Source: an uncultured Thermomicrobiales bacterium
GTDB lineage: Bacteria; Chloroflexota; Chloroflexia; Thermomicrobiales; CFX8
Assembly (NCBI GenBank): GCA_964462545.1
Contig: CAYWXR010000010.1
Coordinates: 49,801 to 113,800, forward strand
Length of the DNA stretch: 64,000 bases
Direction: 5' to 3'
The first letter of the stretch is position 1; each line of letters starts with the position of its first letter. Both the position numbers and the translations under genes were made by a program. Of the stretch, positions 26,877 through 35,912 are shown piece after piece. The notes beneath the pieces were generated by a model. The model was not told the DNA's origin. It was given only the letters and a program-made list of their open reading frames with translations, and did not search any database.

Positions 26877-29183
26877 ATGTCGATCCATCAACCGGCCGAG
26901 CGCGTCAATGGAAGCTACGTCGGAGCGCCGGTAAAACGTGTCAATGATCGCAAACTGATCACCGGGCACGGTCGCTACGTCGACGATGTAAAACTCCCGA
27001 ATACATTGCATTGTGTCTTCGTGCGATCGCCACACGCGCATGCCAATATCGTCTCGATTGATACTTCGGCAGCCCTTGCACTGCCGGGCGTTGTCGCTGT
27101 GGTGACTGGTGAAGAGGTAACCGGTTGGATGAAGCCGGAAGTCTCCCACGAAACGCTCTTGCCGGGGCGTCATCTCTCCCGGTATCCGCTGAGTTCCGGA
27201 AGGGTTCGCTTCGTCGGCGATGCCGTCGTAGCAGTGCTTGCAGAATCGCTGCCGATAGCCCGTGACGCTGCAGACCTGGTGGAGGTTACCTACGAGGAAC
27301 TGCCGTTCGTTATCCGGCAGGACGATGCGCTCGAAGCTGATGCACCGATCATCTACGACGGATGGGACAGCAATGCCGCCTGGCACTGGCACGTTGAATC
27401 CGGTGATGTTGACGCAGCCTTCGAGAATCCCCACGCGGTCGTCAAGGTGGACCTGCTCTACCAGCGCGTTGCATCGATCTTCATCGAAGGACGGGCGATC
27501 CTCGCCGATTGGGATCCCAACCGTGAGGAAATGACTATCTGGGTGTCATCCCAGGCTCCCCACCGGGTGCGAACGACGATCGCCGGTCAGTTGGGCATCC
27601 CGGAAAATGCCATCCGGGCCATCGCCCCGGATGTCGGGGGCGGATTCGGCTCCAAGGGATCGGTCTACCCTGAGTACCAGTTCGCAGCGGCAGCCTCGTA
27701 CAAGTTCGGACGCCCGGTGAAGTGGCTGGAGACCCGCTCCGAACACATGGCAACCACCAACCACGGACGCGACCAGATCCAGCACCTTGAGGCCGCTGTG
27801 TCGAAGGATGGCGTCATTGAGGGACTGCGGGTGCGCATCCTCTCCAATTGTGGCGCCTATGGCGGCGCAACCGTGGGCCAACGCACCGGCATCATGTCGA
27901 CCGGCCCCTATCGAATTCGCAATCTCCGCACGGATGTCTACGGCGTTGTCACCAATACGACACCAACCGGCGCATACCGGGGTGCTGGTCGGCCCGAAGC
28001 CGCCTACATGCTGGAACGGTTGATCGATCGGATTGCCGATGAATGTGATCTCGACCCGGTTGAGGTGCGCCGGGCGAACTTTGTCCAACCCGAGGAGTTC
28101 CCCTACCAGGGGGCAAGTGGCGCATTCTACGACAGCGGCAACTATCCTCACGCGCTCGACACTGCTCTCTCGAAGATCGGGTGGGAGCAAACACGGCAGG
28201 AGATCGAGGCAGCCAGGGCTGCCGGCAAGATTGCCGGGCTGGGCATCGGCTTCTACTGCGAGTTTGCCGGCCCTGGTTGGGATAGTGCCGAGGTACGGGT
28301 GGCACCGAGCGGATCAGTGACGGTCTTTACTGGTATCTCGCCGCACGGTCAAGGTAACGAAACCAGCCTTGCCCAGATTGTTGCCGACGAACTGGGCATC
28401 GACATGGAACTCATTACCGTCAAGGCCAGCGACACCGCCATCACCCCTCAGGGCATCGGAACATTCGGCTCTCGCGGCACAGCGATCGGCGGCGGCGCGG
28501 TGATGCTGGCATCCCGGAAAGTCAGCGACAAGGTACGCCAGTTTGCTGCGGCAATGCTCGAAGTCTCACCGGACGACATCGCCCTGCAGGATGGCAAGGC
28601 ATCAGTCATTGGTGCTCCGGACCAGTCAGTAACATTCGCCCGCATCGCCCAGGCGGCCCACGCCATGGATGGCATTCCCGGCGGTCTCGAACCGGGCCTC
28701 GATGCCCAGTCCTTCTTCAAACCGGAAGGGCGACAGTTCCCCTTCGGTGTCCACCTCGCACATGTCGAAATCGACCGCGAGACCGGTGAAATCAAGGTGG
28801 TCCGCTACGTGGCCGTCGACGATTGCGGCACGATCATCAACCCGCTGCTGGTGGATGGACAGATCCACGGCGGGTTGGCCCAGGGTTTCGGCCAGGCACT
28901 TTGGGAAGAAGTAATCTACGACGAAGGCGGGCAACTGGTAACGGGCACGATCATGGATTACGCCATTCCGAAGGCAGAGCAATTCCCGCATTTCGAACTC
29001 GCGAGCACGGTTACACCGAGCCCCTGGACCCCACACGGCGCCAAGGGTGTCGGCGAGGCCGGCACAACCGGCGCACCACCGGCACTGGTCAACGCCGTCC
29101 TTGATGCGCTGCGGCCTTTCGGCGTGACGGCTATCGATATGCCACTCAAGCCGGAGAAAATCTGGCGGTTGCTGCAAGACTAG
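26877..29183 (+). CDS. Second, orphan Mo-hydroxylase large subunit (CoxL form II-like)
   Basis: 768 aa paralog of 18832..21210; loop GAYRGAGRPEAAY; no adjacent S/M subunit genes. Confidence 0.9.
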   Translation: MSIHQPAERVNGSYVGAPVKRVNDRKLITGHGRYVDDVKLPNTLHCVFVRSPHAHANIVSIDTSAALALPGVVAVVTGEEVTGWMKPEVSHETLLPGRHLSRYPLSSGRVRFVGDAVVAVLAESLPIARDAADLVEVTYEELPFVIRQDDALEADAPIIYDGWDSNAAWHWHVESGDVDAAFENPHAVVKVDLLYQRVASIFIEGRAILADWDPNREEMTIWVSSQAPHRVRTTIAGQLGIPENAIRAIAPDVGGGFGSKGSVYPEYQFAAAASYKFGRPVKWLETRSEHMATTNHGRDQIQHLEAAVSKDGVIEGLRVRILSNCGAYGGATVGQRTGIMSTGPYRIRNLRTDVYGVVTNTTPTGAYRGAGRPEAAYMLERLIDRIADECDLDPVEVRRANFVQPEEFPYQGASGAFYDSGNYPHALDTALSKIGWEQTRQEIEAARAAGKIAGLGIGFYCEFAGPGWDSAEVRVAPSGSVTVFTGISPHGQGNETSLAQIVADELGIDMELITVKASDTAITPQGIGTFGSRGTAIGGGAVMLASRKVSDKVRQFAAAMLEVSPDDIALQDGKASVIGAPDQSVTFARIAQAAHAMDGIPGGLEPGLDAQSFFKPEGRQFPFGVHLAHVEIDRETGEIKVVRYVAVDDCGTIINPLLVDGQIHGGLAQGFGQALWEEVIYDEGGQLVTGTIMDYAIPKAEQFPHFELASTVTPSPWTPHGAKGVGEAGTTGAPPALVNAVLDALRPFGVTAIDMPLKPEKIWRLLQD

Positions 29184-29206
29184 CGGCTTGCAACGGCGCT
29201 AATACG

Positions 29207-29268
29207 TCATCCCGACGAAGAAGGGATCCGTGCTCCTGGAGTCATGGATCCCTTTTTCGTCGGGATGA
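29207..29268. terminator. Bidirectional intrinsic terminator between convergent coxL2 and ccmD
   Basis: 23-nt arms TCATCCCGACGAAGAAGGGATCC / GGATCCCTTTTTCGTCGGGATGA (1 mismatch), 16-nt loop; inner GGGATCC stem is followed by T-run on both strands. Confidence 0.7.
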
Positions 29269-29317
29269 TAAATCAGCGTTGTTGCACCAACCCGTGGTCG
29301 GTGCGTTTGAAAAGCAG

Positions 29318-29455
29318 TTACCGCCCGCGATCCTCAAGGTCGTGGAGTTCGTCCTGCAAACTCCGGACCTGGGTGTTCAGGTAATAGAGGTAGCCGCCAA
29401 TAAACAACCAGGTGACAGCGAACGCTGCGAAGAGATAGCCAAGGTTATCGCTCAT
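29318..29455 (-). CDS. ccmD: CcmD-family small membrane protein (45 aa; below ORF-track cutoff)
   Basis: MSDNLGYLFAAFAVTWLFIGGYLYYLNTQVRSLQDELHDLEDRGR; ATG overlaps ccmC stop (ATGA at 29452-29455); sequence pattern NLGYLFAA..W typical of the alternative CcmD family. Confidence 0.6.
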   Translation of the reverse strand: MSDNLGYLFAAFAVTWLFIGGYLYYLNTQVRSLQDELHDLEDRGR

Positions 29456-30210
29456 GAACCCTCCGGAGTACCGGTTACATTGCGAGCCGACTGATAGGCC
29501 GGGGGGTTGGCCGGCTGCATCAAAAGGTCTGCTTCCCGTTCGTCAATCCGGTCGCGAACGGTTTCAATGTGCCACTTCAACAGGAACATGTGGATATACA
29601 GCAGGAAAAATCCCACCAGCGCCACCATCACCGTCACCAGCATGCTGTTCGGCAGGTTGGGACCGGCTGTATCCAGCACCACCGGCTCCGGGTGCAACGT
29701 GCGCCACCACTGCACCGACATGTGGATGATCGGGATGTCAATCAAACCGAAAATGGCCAGCACCGCTGCATATTTGGCTGCCTGGCTCGCTTCGCCGGCA
29801 TAGCTGCGGACCATGAAATAGCCCAGCACAATGAACCAGAGGATCAGCGTCGTTGTCAGCCGGGCATCCCACTGCCACCACGTGCCCCAGATCGGCTTCG
29901 CCCAGATTGCACCGCCAATCAGCACCAGGGTGATAAACAACAGCGAAATCTCGGCTGCTGCGCGTGCTGCCCGGTCATACTCCGGCTTGCCCTTCCAGAG
30001 ATACAGCACACTTGCCCCGGCAAGGGTGACATAGGATACGTAAGCGAGGATCGCTGCCGGAAGATGCAAGTAGAAAATACGCTGGGCATTACCCTGCACC
30101 GCATCTGTAGGCGCATACAGCAGCGCCATGTAGATCGATATCAGGATGAGAACGACCGCGCCAGCGCCGCTGAGCAGCGTCCATCGGCCAATTCCTCTCA
30201 CTCCTGCCAC
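29452..30210 (-). CDS. ccmC: Heme exporter protein CcmC
   Basis: WWD motif WGTWWQWDARLT; multi-TM; ccm synteny. Confidence 0.9.
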   Translation of the reverse strand: MAGVRGIGRWTLLSGAGAVVLILISIYMALLYAPTDAVQGNAQRIFYLHLPAAILAYVSYVTLAGASVLYLWKGKPEYDRAARAAAEISLLFITLVLIGGAIWAKPIWGTWWQWDARLTTTLILWFIVLGYFMVRSYAGEASQAAKYAAVLAIFGLIDIPIIHMSVQWWRTLHPEPVVLDTAGPNLPNSMLVTVMVALVGFFLLYIHMFLLKWHIETVRDRIDEREADLLMQPANPPAYQSARNVTGTPEGS

Positions 30211-30231
30211 CCTCTTTTCCAGTTAGCGGGC

Positions 30232-30891
30232 CTATTCTTCAATGACCTGCGAAAAACCCAGCCACGCCATCGTGACGAAAATCACGTCAAACGCAACCAA
30301 GAGATTAAACCATGACACCAATCCGTCGCTTTCGCCACGGAAAACCAGCGCTGTTGCCTGCACCGCACCGATCAACACCGGTACCAGAAGCGGGAAAAGC
30401 AGCAAGGGAAGCAGCACCTCACGTGCCCGGCCGCTCGACGCCACGGCCGAGAACATCGTCCCCAACCCTGCAAATCCCACAGTACCTGCAAGGGTTATGG
30501 CGATGACCCATGGATGCAGCGCCGGCAGGTTATAGAGTGCAGCAAACACCGGCAACGAGACCGCCTGCACGATCAGAATCGAGCACAGCGTCGCCAGGAA
30601 TTTGCCCAGAAAGAGTGACCCTGCCTCAACCGGCATCAGGATCAGCCCTTCGAACGTCCCCCGGTCGCGCTCCAGGGCAATTGCCCGGCCGAGGCCCAGC
30701 ATTCCGGCAAAGAAGAATGCAATCCAGAGCGCACCGGCAGCGTCACTTGTGCGATCTCCCCGGTCAAGATCGAACGCAAAGTTCAAGGTAACGATAGTGA
30801 CCAGGGTAAAGGCCAGCATCGCTGCCAGAAACTGGCGCGAACGGAACTCGACCAGCAGATCCTTCCAGGCGATGGCGGCTACCTGTCGCAC
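30232..30891 (-). CDS. ccmB: Heme exporter protein CcmB
   Basis: 219-aa 6-TM protein, N-terminus AIAWKDLLVEFRSRQ typical of CcmB; between ccmA and ccmC. Confidence 0.85.
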   Translation of the reverse strand: MRQVAAIAWKDLLVEFRSRQFLAAMLAFTLVTIVTLNFAFDLDRGDRTSDAAGALWIAFFFAGMLGLGRAIALERDRGTFEGLILMPVEAGSLFLGKFLATLCSILIVQAVSLPVFAALYNLPALHPWVIAITLAGTVGFAGLGTMFSAVASSGRAREVLLPLLLFPLLVPVLIGAVQATALVFRGESDGLVSWFNLLVAFDVIFVTMAWLGFSQVIEE

Positions 30892-30893
30892 CG

Positions 30894-31613
30894 CTAGTCA
30901 CCGCCCTCTGTAGCAACACGTCCTGCTACCAGGCGATCAAGTTCTGCCACCGTCAGGTCAGTCGAGGGGCCGTCCCAGACGAGATGGCCCTGCTGCAGCA
31001 CAACGGTGCGATTTGACAGGTTCAGGCCAAACTCATGCGCGTGGGTAGTCAATACCACTGCCCCACCGCGGTTGATGACACCTTGCACGGTGGCTTCCAG
31101 CACCGCACGGCCAGCACGGTCCAGACCGGTATCCGGTTCATCCAGAATCAGCACATCCGGCTGGTGGAGTGTTGCCCGGGCGATGTTCAGGCGTTGCAGC
31201 AGACCCCGTGATAACGTGCTTGCCCGTGAATCCTCACGTCCGCCCAATCCGACAGCCTCAATGGCCGGCAGAACGACAGCATCCGGGTCGAGTTTGAACA
31301 TGGTCGCAAAGAACCGGAGATTCTCCCGGCAGGTCAACTCAGGGTAAACATACGGCTGATGGCCAACTACACCGATCCGCCGGCGTACACCGATCCGGTT
31401 TGCCGCGACTGGCTCTCCGAAGGCCAGCACTTCACCCCGGGATGGCCGCGTGAGGGTCGCCATCATCCGTAGCAATGTCGATTTACCGGCGCCATTGGCA
31501 CCAAACACTCCTACCGACTCACCGGGCGAAATGGAGACAGAAACGTCACGCAACACCACCTGCCGACCATACCGGCGATACACGCTCCTGGTTTCAAGCA
31601 AGGGGTAGGTCAC
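30894..31613 (-). CDS. ccmA: Heme-export ABC transporter ATP-binding protein CcmA
   Basis: Walker A GANGAGKST, signature LSRGLLQRL, Walker B LILDEP; GTG start. Confidence 0.85.
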   Translation of the reverse strand: MTYPLLETRSVYRRYGRQVVLRDVSVSISPGESVGVFGANGAGKSTLLRMMATLTRPSRGEVLAFGEPVAANRIGVRRRIGVVGHQPYVYPELTCRENLRFFATMFKLDPDAVVLPAIEAVGLGGREDSRASTLSRGLLQRLNIARATLHQPDVLILDEPDTGLDRAGRAVLEATVQGVINRGGAVVLTTHAHEFGLNLSNRTVVLQQGHLVWDGPSTDLTVAELDRLVAGRVATEGGD

Positions 31614-31768
31614 GGAGTATCGCTTACGGGCTGCTGGCCGTCGTCTGTCCGGGATTCGGGTCGCTCTTCCGCTTCGCTCCGGTCGAATGCCGGTCGAATA
31701 AGCGGGGCCAGCACGAACAGGAAGGTCGCGACGCCAATCAGAATCAGCACGGCCATTTCAACCAGCAT
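31610..31768 (-). CDS. Possible 52-aa single-TM protein inside the ccm operon (below ORF-track cutoff)
   Basis: MLVEMAVLILIGVATFLFVLAPLIRPAF...; starts 3 nt after ccmH stop, its TGA overlaps the ccmA GTG (GTGA); fills an otherwise empty 158-nt gap. Confidence 0.35.
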   Translation of the reverse strand: MLVEMAVLILIGVATFLFVLAPLIRPAFDRSEAEERPESRTDDGQQPVSDTP

Positions 31769-31771
31769 CGC

Positions 31772-32251
31772 TCAGGATTTCTCCGTTCCACGATCAGAAC
31801 GCAGATACCTGTTGGCAAGTTGCTCGAGTTCGTCGTCCTGTTCGACCGGCACCGGTTTCGGGGCAGGCTGTTTCCCTTCCCGCAAATAGAGCACAACGAT
31901 CACCAGGCCAATCAGCAGAACGACCGGAGGTATCCACCAAAGCGCCAGATTGATCCCGCTGCGGGATGGCTCGAGCATGATGTTCTCACCGTAGCGGGCC
32001 TTGAAGTACGCGATAATCTCCTCGTCGGTCTGCCCTTCCTGAACCATTTGCTCGATGACATCGCGCATCTGCCGGGCAAGCGTGACCTGGCTATCCGCGA
32101 CCGACTGCCCCGAACAAACCGGACACTGCATCCGCGAGGCGAGTTTCATCGTGCGTTCGGAGTACAGGTCCTCGGCAGCGACAGTAGAGACGCCGACAAC
32201 CAGCAGGAGCAGGCCCAGGACCAACGCAGCACTAATCCGCCGAAACTTCAC
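31772..32251 (-). CDS. ccmH: Cytochrome c-type biogenesis protein CcmH
   Basis: RMQCPVCSGQSVADS (LRCxxC-type motif), C-terminal TM; start set to GTG 32251, overlapping ccmF end by 20 nt. Confidence 0.8.
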   Translation of the reverse strand: MKFRRISAALVLGLLLLVVGVSTVAAEDLYSERTMKLASRMQCPVCSGQSVADSQVTLARQMRDVIEQMVQEGQTDEEIIAYFKARYGENIMLEPSRSGINLALWWIPPVVLLIGLVIVVLYLREGKQPAPKPVPVEQDDELEQLANRYLRSDRGTEKS

Positions 32252-34229
32252 CGAAGGCGTCCCTTCTGGAAGCGGCGCGCACAGTAACCGGAGCAATCGC
32301 CGGCGCCGGCAGGAAGAGGATGAGCATACCGAGCAGGTACACTGCGCCACCGGCCCAGATCCACGTCACCAACGGGTTTACGAAGATTCGCAGGTGGGCT
32401 TCGCTGTCAGCGCCCCACTCCAGCAGCATGATGTACACATCGTCGAACCCGACCGTGTTGATTGCAACCTGGGTTGTCATCTGGTCTTCGAAGCCGCGAT
32501 AGGTGAAGCGTTTTGCCCCGACCGAACCGTGGTCTGTGTTACCGGAAGACACGTTCACATATGCAGTAATAATCCGTGAGTCCGACGTTCTGGTTTCAGT
32601 CAGGCGCTGATAGGTGACGGTATAGCCAGCTACATCTACCGCCTGTCCGGGCGTCACCACAACCTGGCGCTCGGTGCTGAAGAACCAGGAGCCGACAATG
32701 CCAATGGCGATGATTGCGACACCCAGGTGGACAATGTAGCCACCGAATCGCCGCGGGTCGCGACGGGTGAGCCGGTAAATCGCCGTCGGAACGTTATCGC
32801 CAGCGTTCTTGCGGCGGAGTTTCACACCCCGGACATACTCGACAATCACCGCGCAAATTGCGAAGACAGCCGCTGCTGCACCAATTGCAGCAGGAGGCTG
32901 CCCGTAGAGGAACAGCACGCCGGCCAGCACGCAGACGGTAATCGTAAGCGGAACCGCAATCGACCGCATGACCGAAGACATGATGGTCCGCCGCCATGCC
33001 AGCAGCGGGCCAAGTCCCATCAGGGCCAGCAGCAGCACCAGCAAAGGGCCGTTGACCTGGTTATAGAATGGCGCTCCCACGGTGATCGCCGTGCCACGGA
33101 ACAACTCCGTGATCAGCGGATAGATCGTGCCCCACAATGTTGCGAACGCAATGCCGGTAAAGACGAGATTGTTCAGCAGGAAGCCGGACTCGCGCGACCA
33201 GACCGATTCAAAGGTGTTTTCGGCCTTCAACAACGGCAAACGCCAGATCAGCAAGGCAGTTGAGCCAACCACCATCACGGCCAGGAACGAGAGGAAGTAC
33301 GGGCCGATGTCTGAGAGGGCAAAGGCGTGAACCGAGGAAATAAGCCCACTGCGAACGATAAACGTCCCGAAGATCGAAAGCAGGAACGAGGCCAGCAGGA
33401 GCCCGACATTCCAGGTCTTGAGCATCCCCCGGCGTTCCTGCACCATCACCGAGTGGACAAACGCCGTCAGCGTTAACCAGGGCAGCAGGGCGACATTCTC
33501 CACCGGGTCCCACGCCCAGTAGCCGCCCCAACCCAGCACGTGGTAGGCCCACCAGCCTCCGAGAAACAGTCCTGCACTCAGCACTGCCCAGGAAACGAGC
33601 GCCCAACGGCGAACGAATCGCAGCCAGTCGGTCGTCATCTGACCAGTTATCAACGCGGAAACGGTGATGGCAAACGGGATAGCCAGCGTTGCGAACCCGG
33701 TCAGTAGCATCGGCGGATGCACAAGCATCCCGGGGTCGCGAAGCAGCGGGTTCAATCCCCTGCCCTCACTGGGGGCGATCTCGTTCACCGAGAATGGGGT
33801 CGCTACGAAGGCAAGGACGAATAGCAGGAAGCCGATAGTTGCCAGGAGGGTAGCCGTCGCGTAGGGGACAAGCGTTGGGAACCGGTTACGGCTGCGGTAG
33901 AAGGCTGCTGCACCAATGACGCTGACTACCCAGGTCCAGAACAGCAAACTGCCTTCCTGCCCCCCGTAGAACGCCGAAATAACGAAGTAGAGCGGCATAT
34001 CGCTGCTCGAGCGTCCTGAAACGTAGGCCAGACTGAAATCATGGGTAACAAAGGCAGTCAGCAGAACAAGCGCGGCAATCGAAACCAGGAGTGCGACGCC
34101 AATCAGCGCGCGCACACCGGCGTCGGTCAGCTGCGGCATCCGGCGACGCTCGCCATAGACGCAAAGCCCGATCCCGAAGATCGAGAGAGCCAGCGCCAGA
34201 ATCAGCGTGCCCTGTCCGAGCTGAGCCAA
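32232..34229 (-). CDS. ccmF: Cytochrome c heme lyase subunit CcmF
   Basis: 665 aa polytopic protein with WWD motif WGGYWAWDPVEN. Confidence 0.9.
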   Translation of the reverse strand: MAQLGQGTLILALALSIFGIGLCVYGERRRMPQLTDAGVRALIGVALLVSIAALVLLTAFVTHDFSLAYVSGRSSSDMPLYFVISAFYGGQEGSLLFWTWVVSVIGAAAFYRSRNRFPTLVPYATATLLATIGFLLFVLAFVATPFSVNEIAPSEGRGLNPLLRDPGMLVHPPMLLTGFATLAIPFAITVSALITGQMTTDWLRFVRRWALVSWAVLSAGLFLGGWWAYHVLGWGGYWAWDPVENVALLPWLTLTAFVHSVMVQERRGMLKTWNVGLLLASFLLSIFGTFIVRSGLISSVHAFALSDIGPYFLSFLAVMVVGSTALLIWRLPLLKAENTFESVWSRESGFLLNNLVFTGIAFATLWGTIYPLITELFRGTAITVGAPFYNQVNGPLLVLLLALMGLGPLLAWRRTIMSSVMRSIAVPLTITVCVLAGVLFLYGQPPAAIGAAAAVFAICAVIVEYVRGVKLRRKNAGDNVPTAIYRLTRRDPRRFGGYIVHLGVAIIAIGIVGSWFFSTERQVVVTPGQAVDVAGYTVTYQRLTETRTSDSRIITAYVNVSSGNTDHGSVGAKRFTYRGFEDQMTTQVAINTVGFDDVYIMLLEWGADSEAHLRIFVNPLVTWIWAGGAVYLLGMLILFLPAPAIAPVTVRAASRRDAFGEVSAD

Positions 34230-34243
34230 AGGATCCTCGCTTG

Positions 34244-34711
34244 CTAGACGGTTTCGTCGGCGGCCTCAAACCGTGATGGGCACTTGGTCAGCAGTTCGGT
34301 CGCGTGGAACGTGCCATCCGGGCTCATGGTGCCGGTAGCGATCACTTCTGCATGGTCGGCGAAAATATCCGGTGGAGCGCCATCGTAGACAATTGCCACG
34401 CTCGCGACACCGTCACTGATTTCGAAGTACATCTCTTCACCGATGCCTGCCTGCTTGATGGTCCCGGCAACAACATTGCCACCCACCCGGATCTGCTTGC
34501 CCTCGGTGATGTTTTCAGTGTTCTGGAGCTCTTCCACCGTCATGTAGAATGCGCCGGCGCCCTGCATGCCGTTGTAGATCAGAAATGCAATAGCCACTGC
34601 AAGGATCGCTCCGGCAGCCAGGAACCTGGAACTCGTTCCTGAGCGGCGGGCCTTTACTGGCGCTGACGCCGGCCCGGCTGCTACTTCCTGCATTTCACCG
34701 TCGGAACCCAT
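34244..34711 (-). CDS. ccmE: Heme chaperone CcmE, Cys-variant (C in place of the heme-binding His)
   Basis: N-terminal TM + OB-fold region (IRVGGNVVAGTI); C-terminal LLTKCPSRFE where canonical CcmE has HxxxY; ATG 34711 with AGGAGG RBS. Confidence 0.85.
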   Translation of the reverse strand: MGSDGEMQEVAAGPASAPVKARRSGTSSRFLAAGAILAVAIAFLIYNGMQGAGAFYMTVEELQNTENITEGKQIRVGGNVVAGTIKQAGIGEEMYFEISDGVASVAIVYDGAPPDIFADHAEVIATGTMSPDGTFHATELLTKCPSRFEAADETV

Positions 34712-34751
34712 CTTGCCCTCCTGGCAATCCGTACCGGAACCAACCGGCACC

Positions 34752-35195
34752 TTATGTCAGAAACCCTGATCCCCAGAGACTCGCCAGCACGATGCCAACG
34801 ACAAATGCTATAAGTCCCAATCCCAGAACCAGTTCCGCAGTCCGCCGGTGTCGACCCTTTCTGGACCTCACCATTGACCGCACGAGAAGAAATGCCACAA
34901 GCGCCGAAAGAATCTTGAGGGCCAGCAGACCGGCATACACCCAGCCGCCACGGCCATCGGACAAGCGCTCGAACATCAACACCGCACCTGTCCCCACAAG
35001 TGCGATCGTTGCCAGTTGGCCCCATTCCCCAAACGCTTTCTGGGCGGCAGCGGCAACTGCCTTGCCGGCAGTATCAGCCTCACGCGCCGCGGGGCGCAAC
35101 GCTACCAGGAAGTATACCCCGCCCCCCAGCCAGACGACCGAGGCGAAGTTGTGGACCACCCTGAGCGCAACAAGCATCCATTCAGACGGCGACAT
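34752..35195 (-). CDS. Hypothetical 4-TM membrane protein embedded in ccm operon (CopD-like appearance)
   Basis: 147 aa, four hydrophobic segments; flanked at 6 nt and 40 nt by ccdA and ccmE. Confidence 0.55.
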   Translation of the reverse strand: MSPSEWMLVALRVVHNFASVVWLGGGVYFLVALRPAAREADTAGKAVAAAAQKAFGEWGQLATIALVGTGAVLMFERLSDGRGGWVYAGLLALKILSALVAFLLVRSMVRSRKGRHRRTAELVLGLGLIAFVVGIVLASLWGSGFLT

Positions 35196-35201
35196 TGCAT
35201 C

Positions 35202-35912
35202 CTATCCGAGCAGTTGCTGGCTAACAATCGAGATGCGGAACACCTGCCCGCTGAGAAACAACGCTCCGAGAATAACAAGCGTCCCTCCGCTGACAAGCGC
35301 CACTCCACGGGCACGCCGTGTAAAGAACCTGATTACTTGCTGGAAATGGCTCAGCCCAAGTCCGGCCACGATAAACGGAACGCCCAGCCCAAGCGAGTAG
35401 GCAAAGAGCATGACCGTCCCCTGCCGAACCGTCTCAACAGTGCTGGTATACGCCAGAATCGACGCCAGGATCGGCCCAAAGCAGGGCGTCCAACCCAGTC
35501 CGAACACCATCCCCATCAGCAACGTTTCCGAGGTGGTAAAACTGCGCGGCTCGAAATGGAACTTGCGTTCACGCATCAGCACTGGAATCCGGAATCCCCA
35601 GAGGATGATCAGGCCCATAGCCAGCATCACCCCACCGGAAATCTGGATCATCAACCGACGATGCTCGCCCAGCACGTTGCCAAATACGGACGCCGATGCC
35701 CCGAGAGTCACGAACACAAGGGTAAAACCGGCAACAAAGATCAGGCTGGGCCAAAGAAAGCGGTATTTCTTCAGGGTTGCCGGGCTTTCGCCTCCGGTGC
35801 CGGTAATGAGCGCCAGATAGCCGGGGACCAGCGGCGCAACACATGGAGACAGGAAGGAGACGACGCCGGCCACAAACGCCGCAATCAGGCTGGCGCCGCT
35901 GAGTTCGCTCAT
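35202..35912 (-). CDS. ccdA: Cytochrome c biogenesis thiol-disulfide transporter CcdA (DsbD-family)
   Basis: FVAGVVSFLSPCVAPLVPGYL and second conserved Cys region GLGWTPCFGPIL. Confidence 0.85.
   Translation of the reverse strand: MSELSGASLIAAFVAGVVSFLSPCVAPLVPGYLALITGTGGESPATLKKYRFLWPSLIFVAGFTLVFVTLGASASVFGNVLGEHRRLMIQISGGVMLAMGLIILWGFRIPVLMRERKFHFEPRSFTTSETLLMGMVFGLGWTPCFGPILASILAYTSTVETVRQGTVMLFAYSLGLGVPFIVAGLGLSHFQQVIRFFTRRARGVALVSGGTLVILGALFLSGQVFRISIVSQQLLG

Noticed and set aside
29207-29268. 23-bp inverted repeat as a possible mobile-element terminal repeat or MITE
   Set aside because: It is a single copy, sits exactly between two convergent genes, and has T-runs on both strands after the inner GGGATCC stem. 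It behaves as a bidirectional terminator, and no transposase or target duplication is present.
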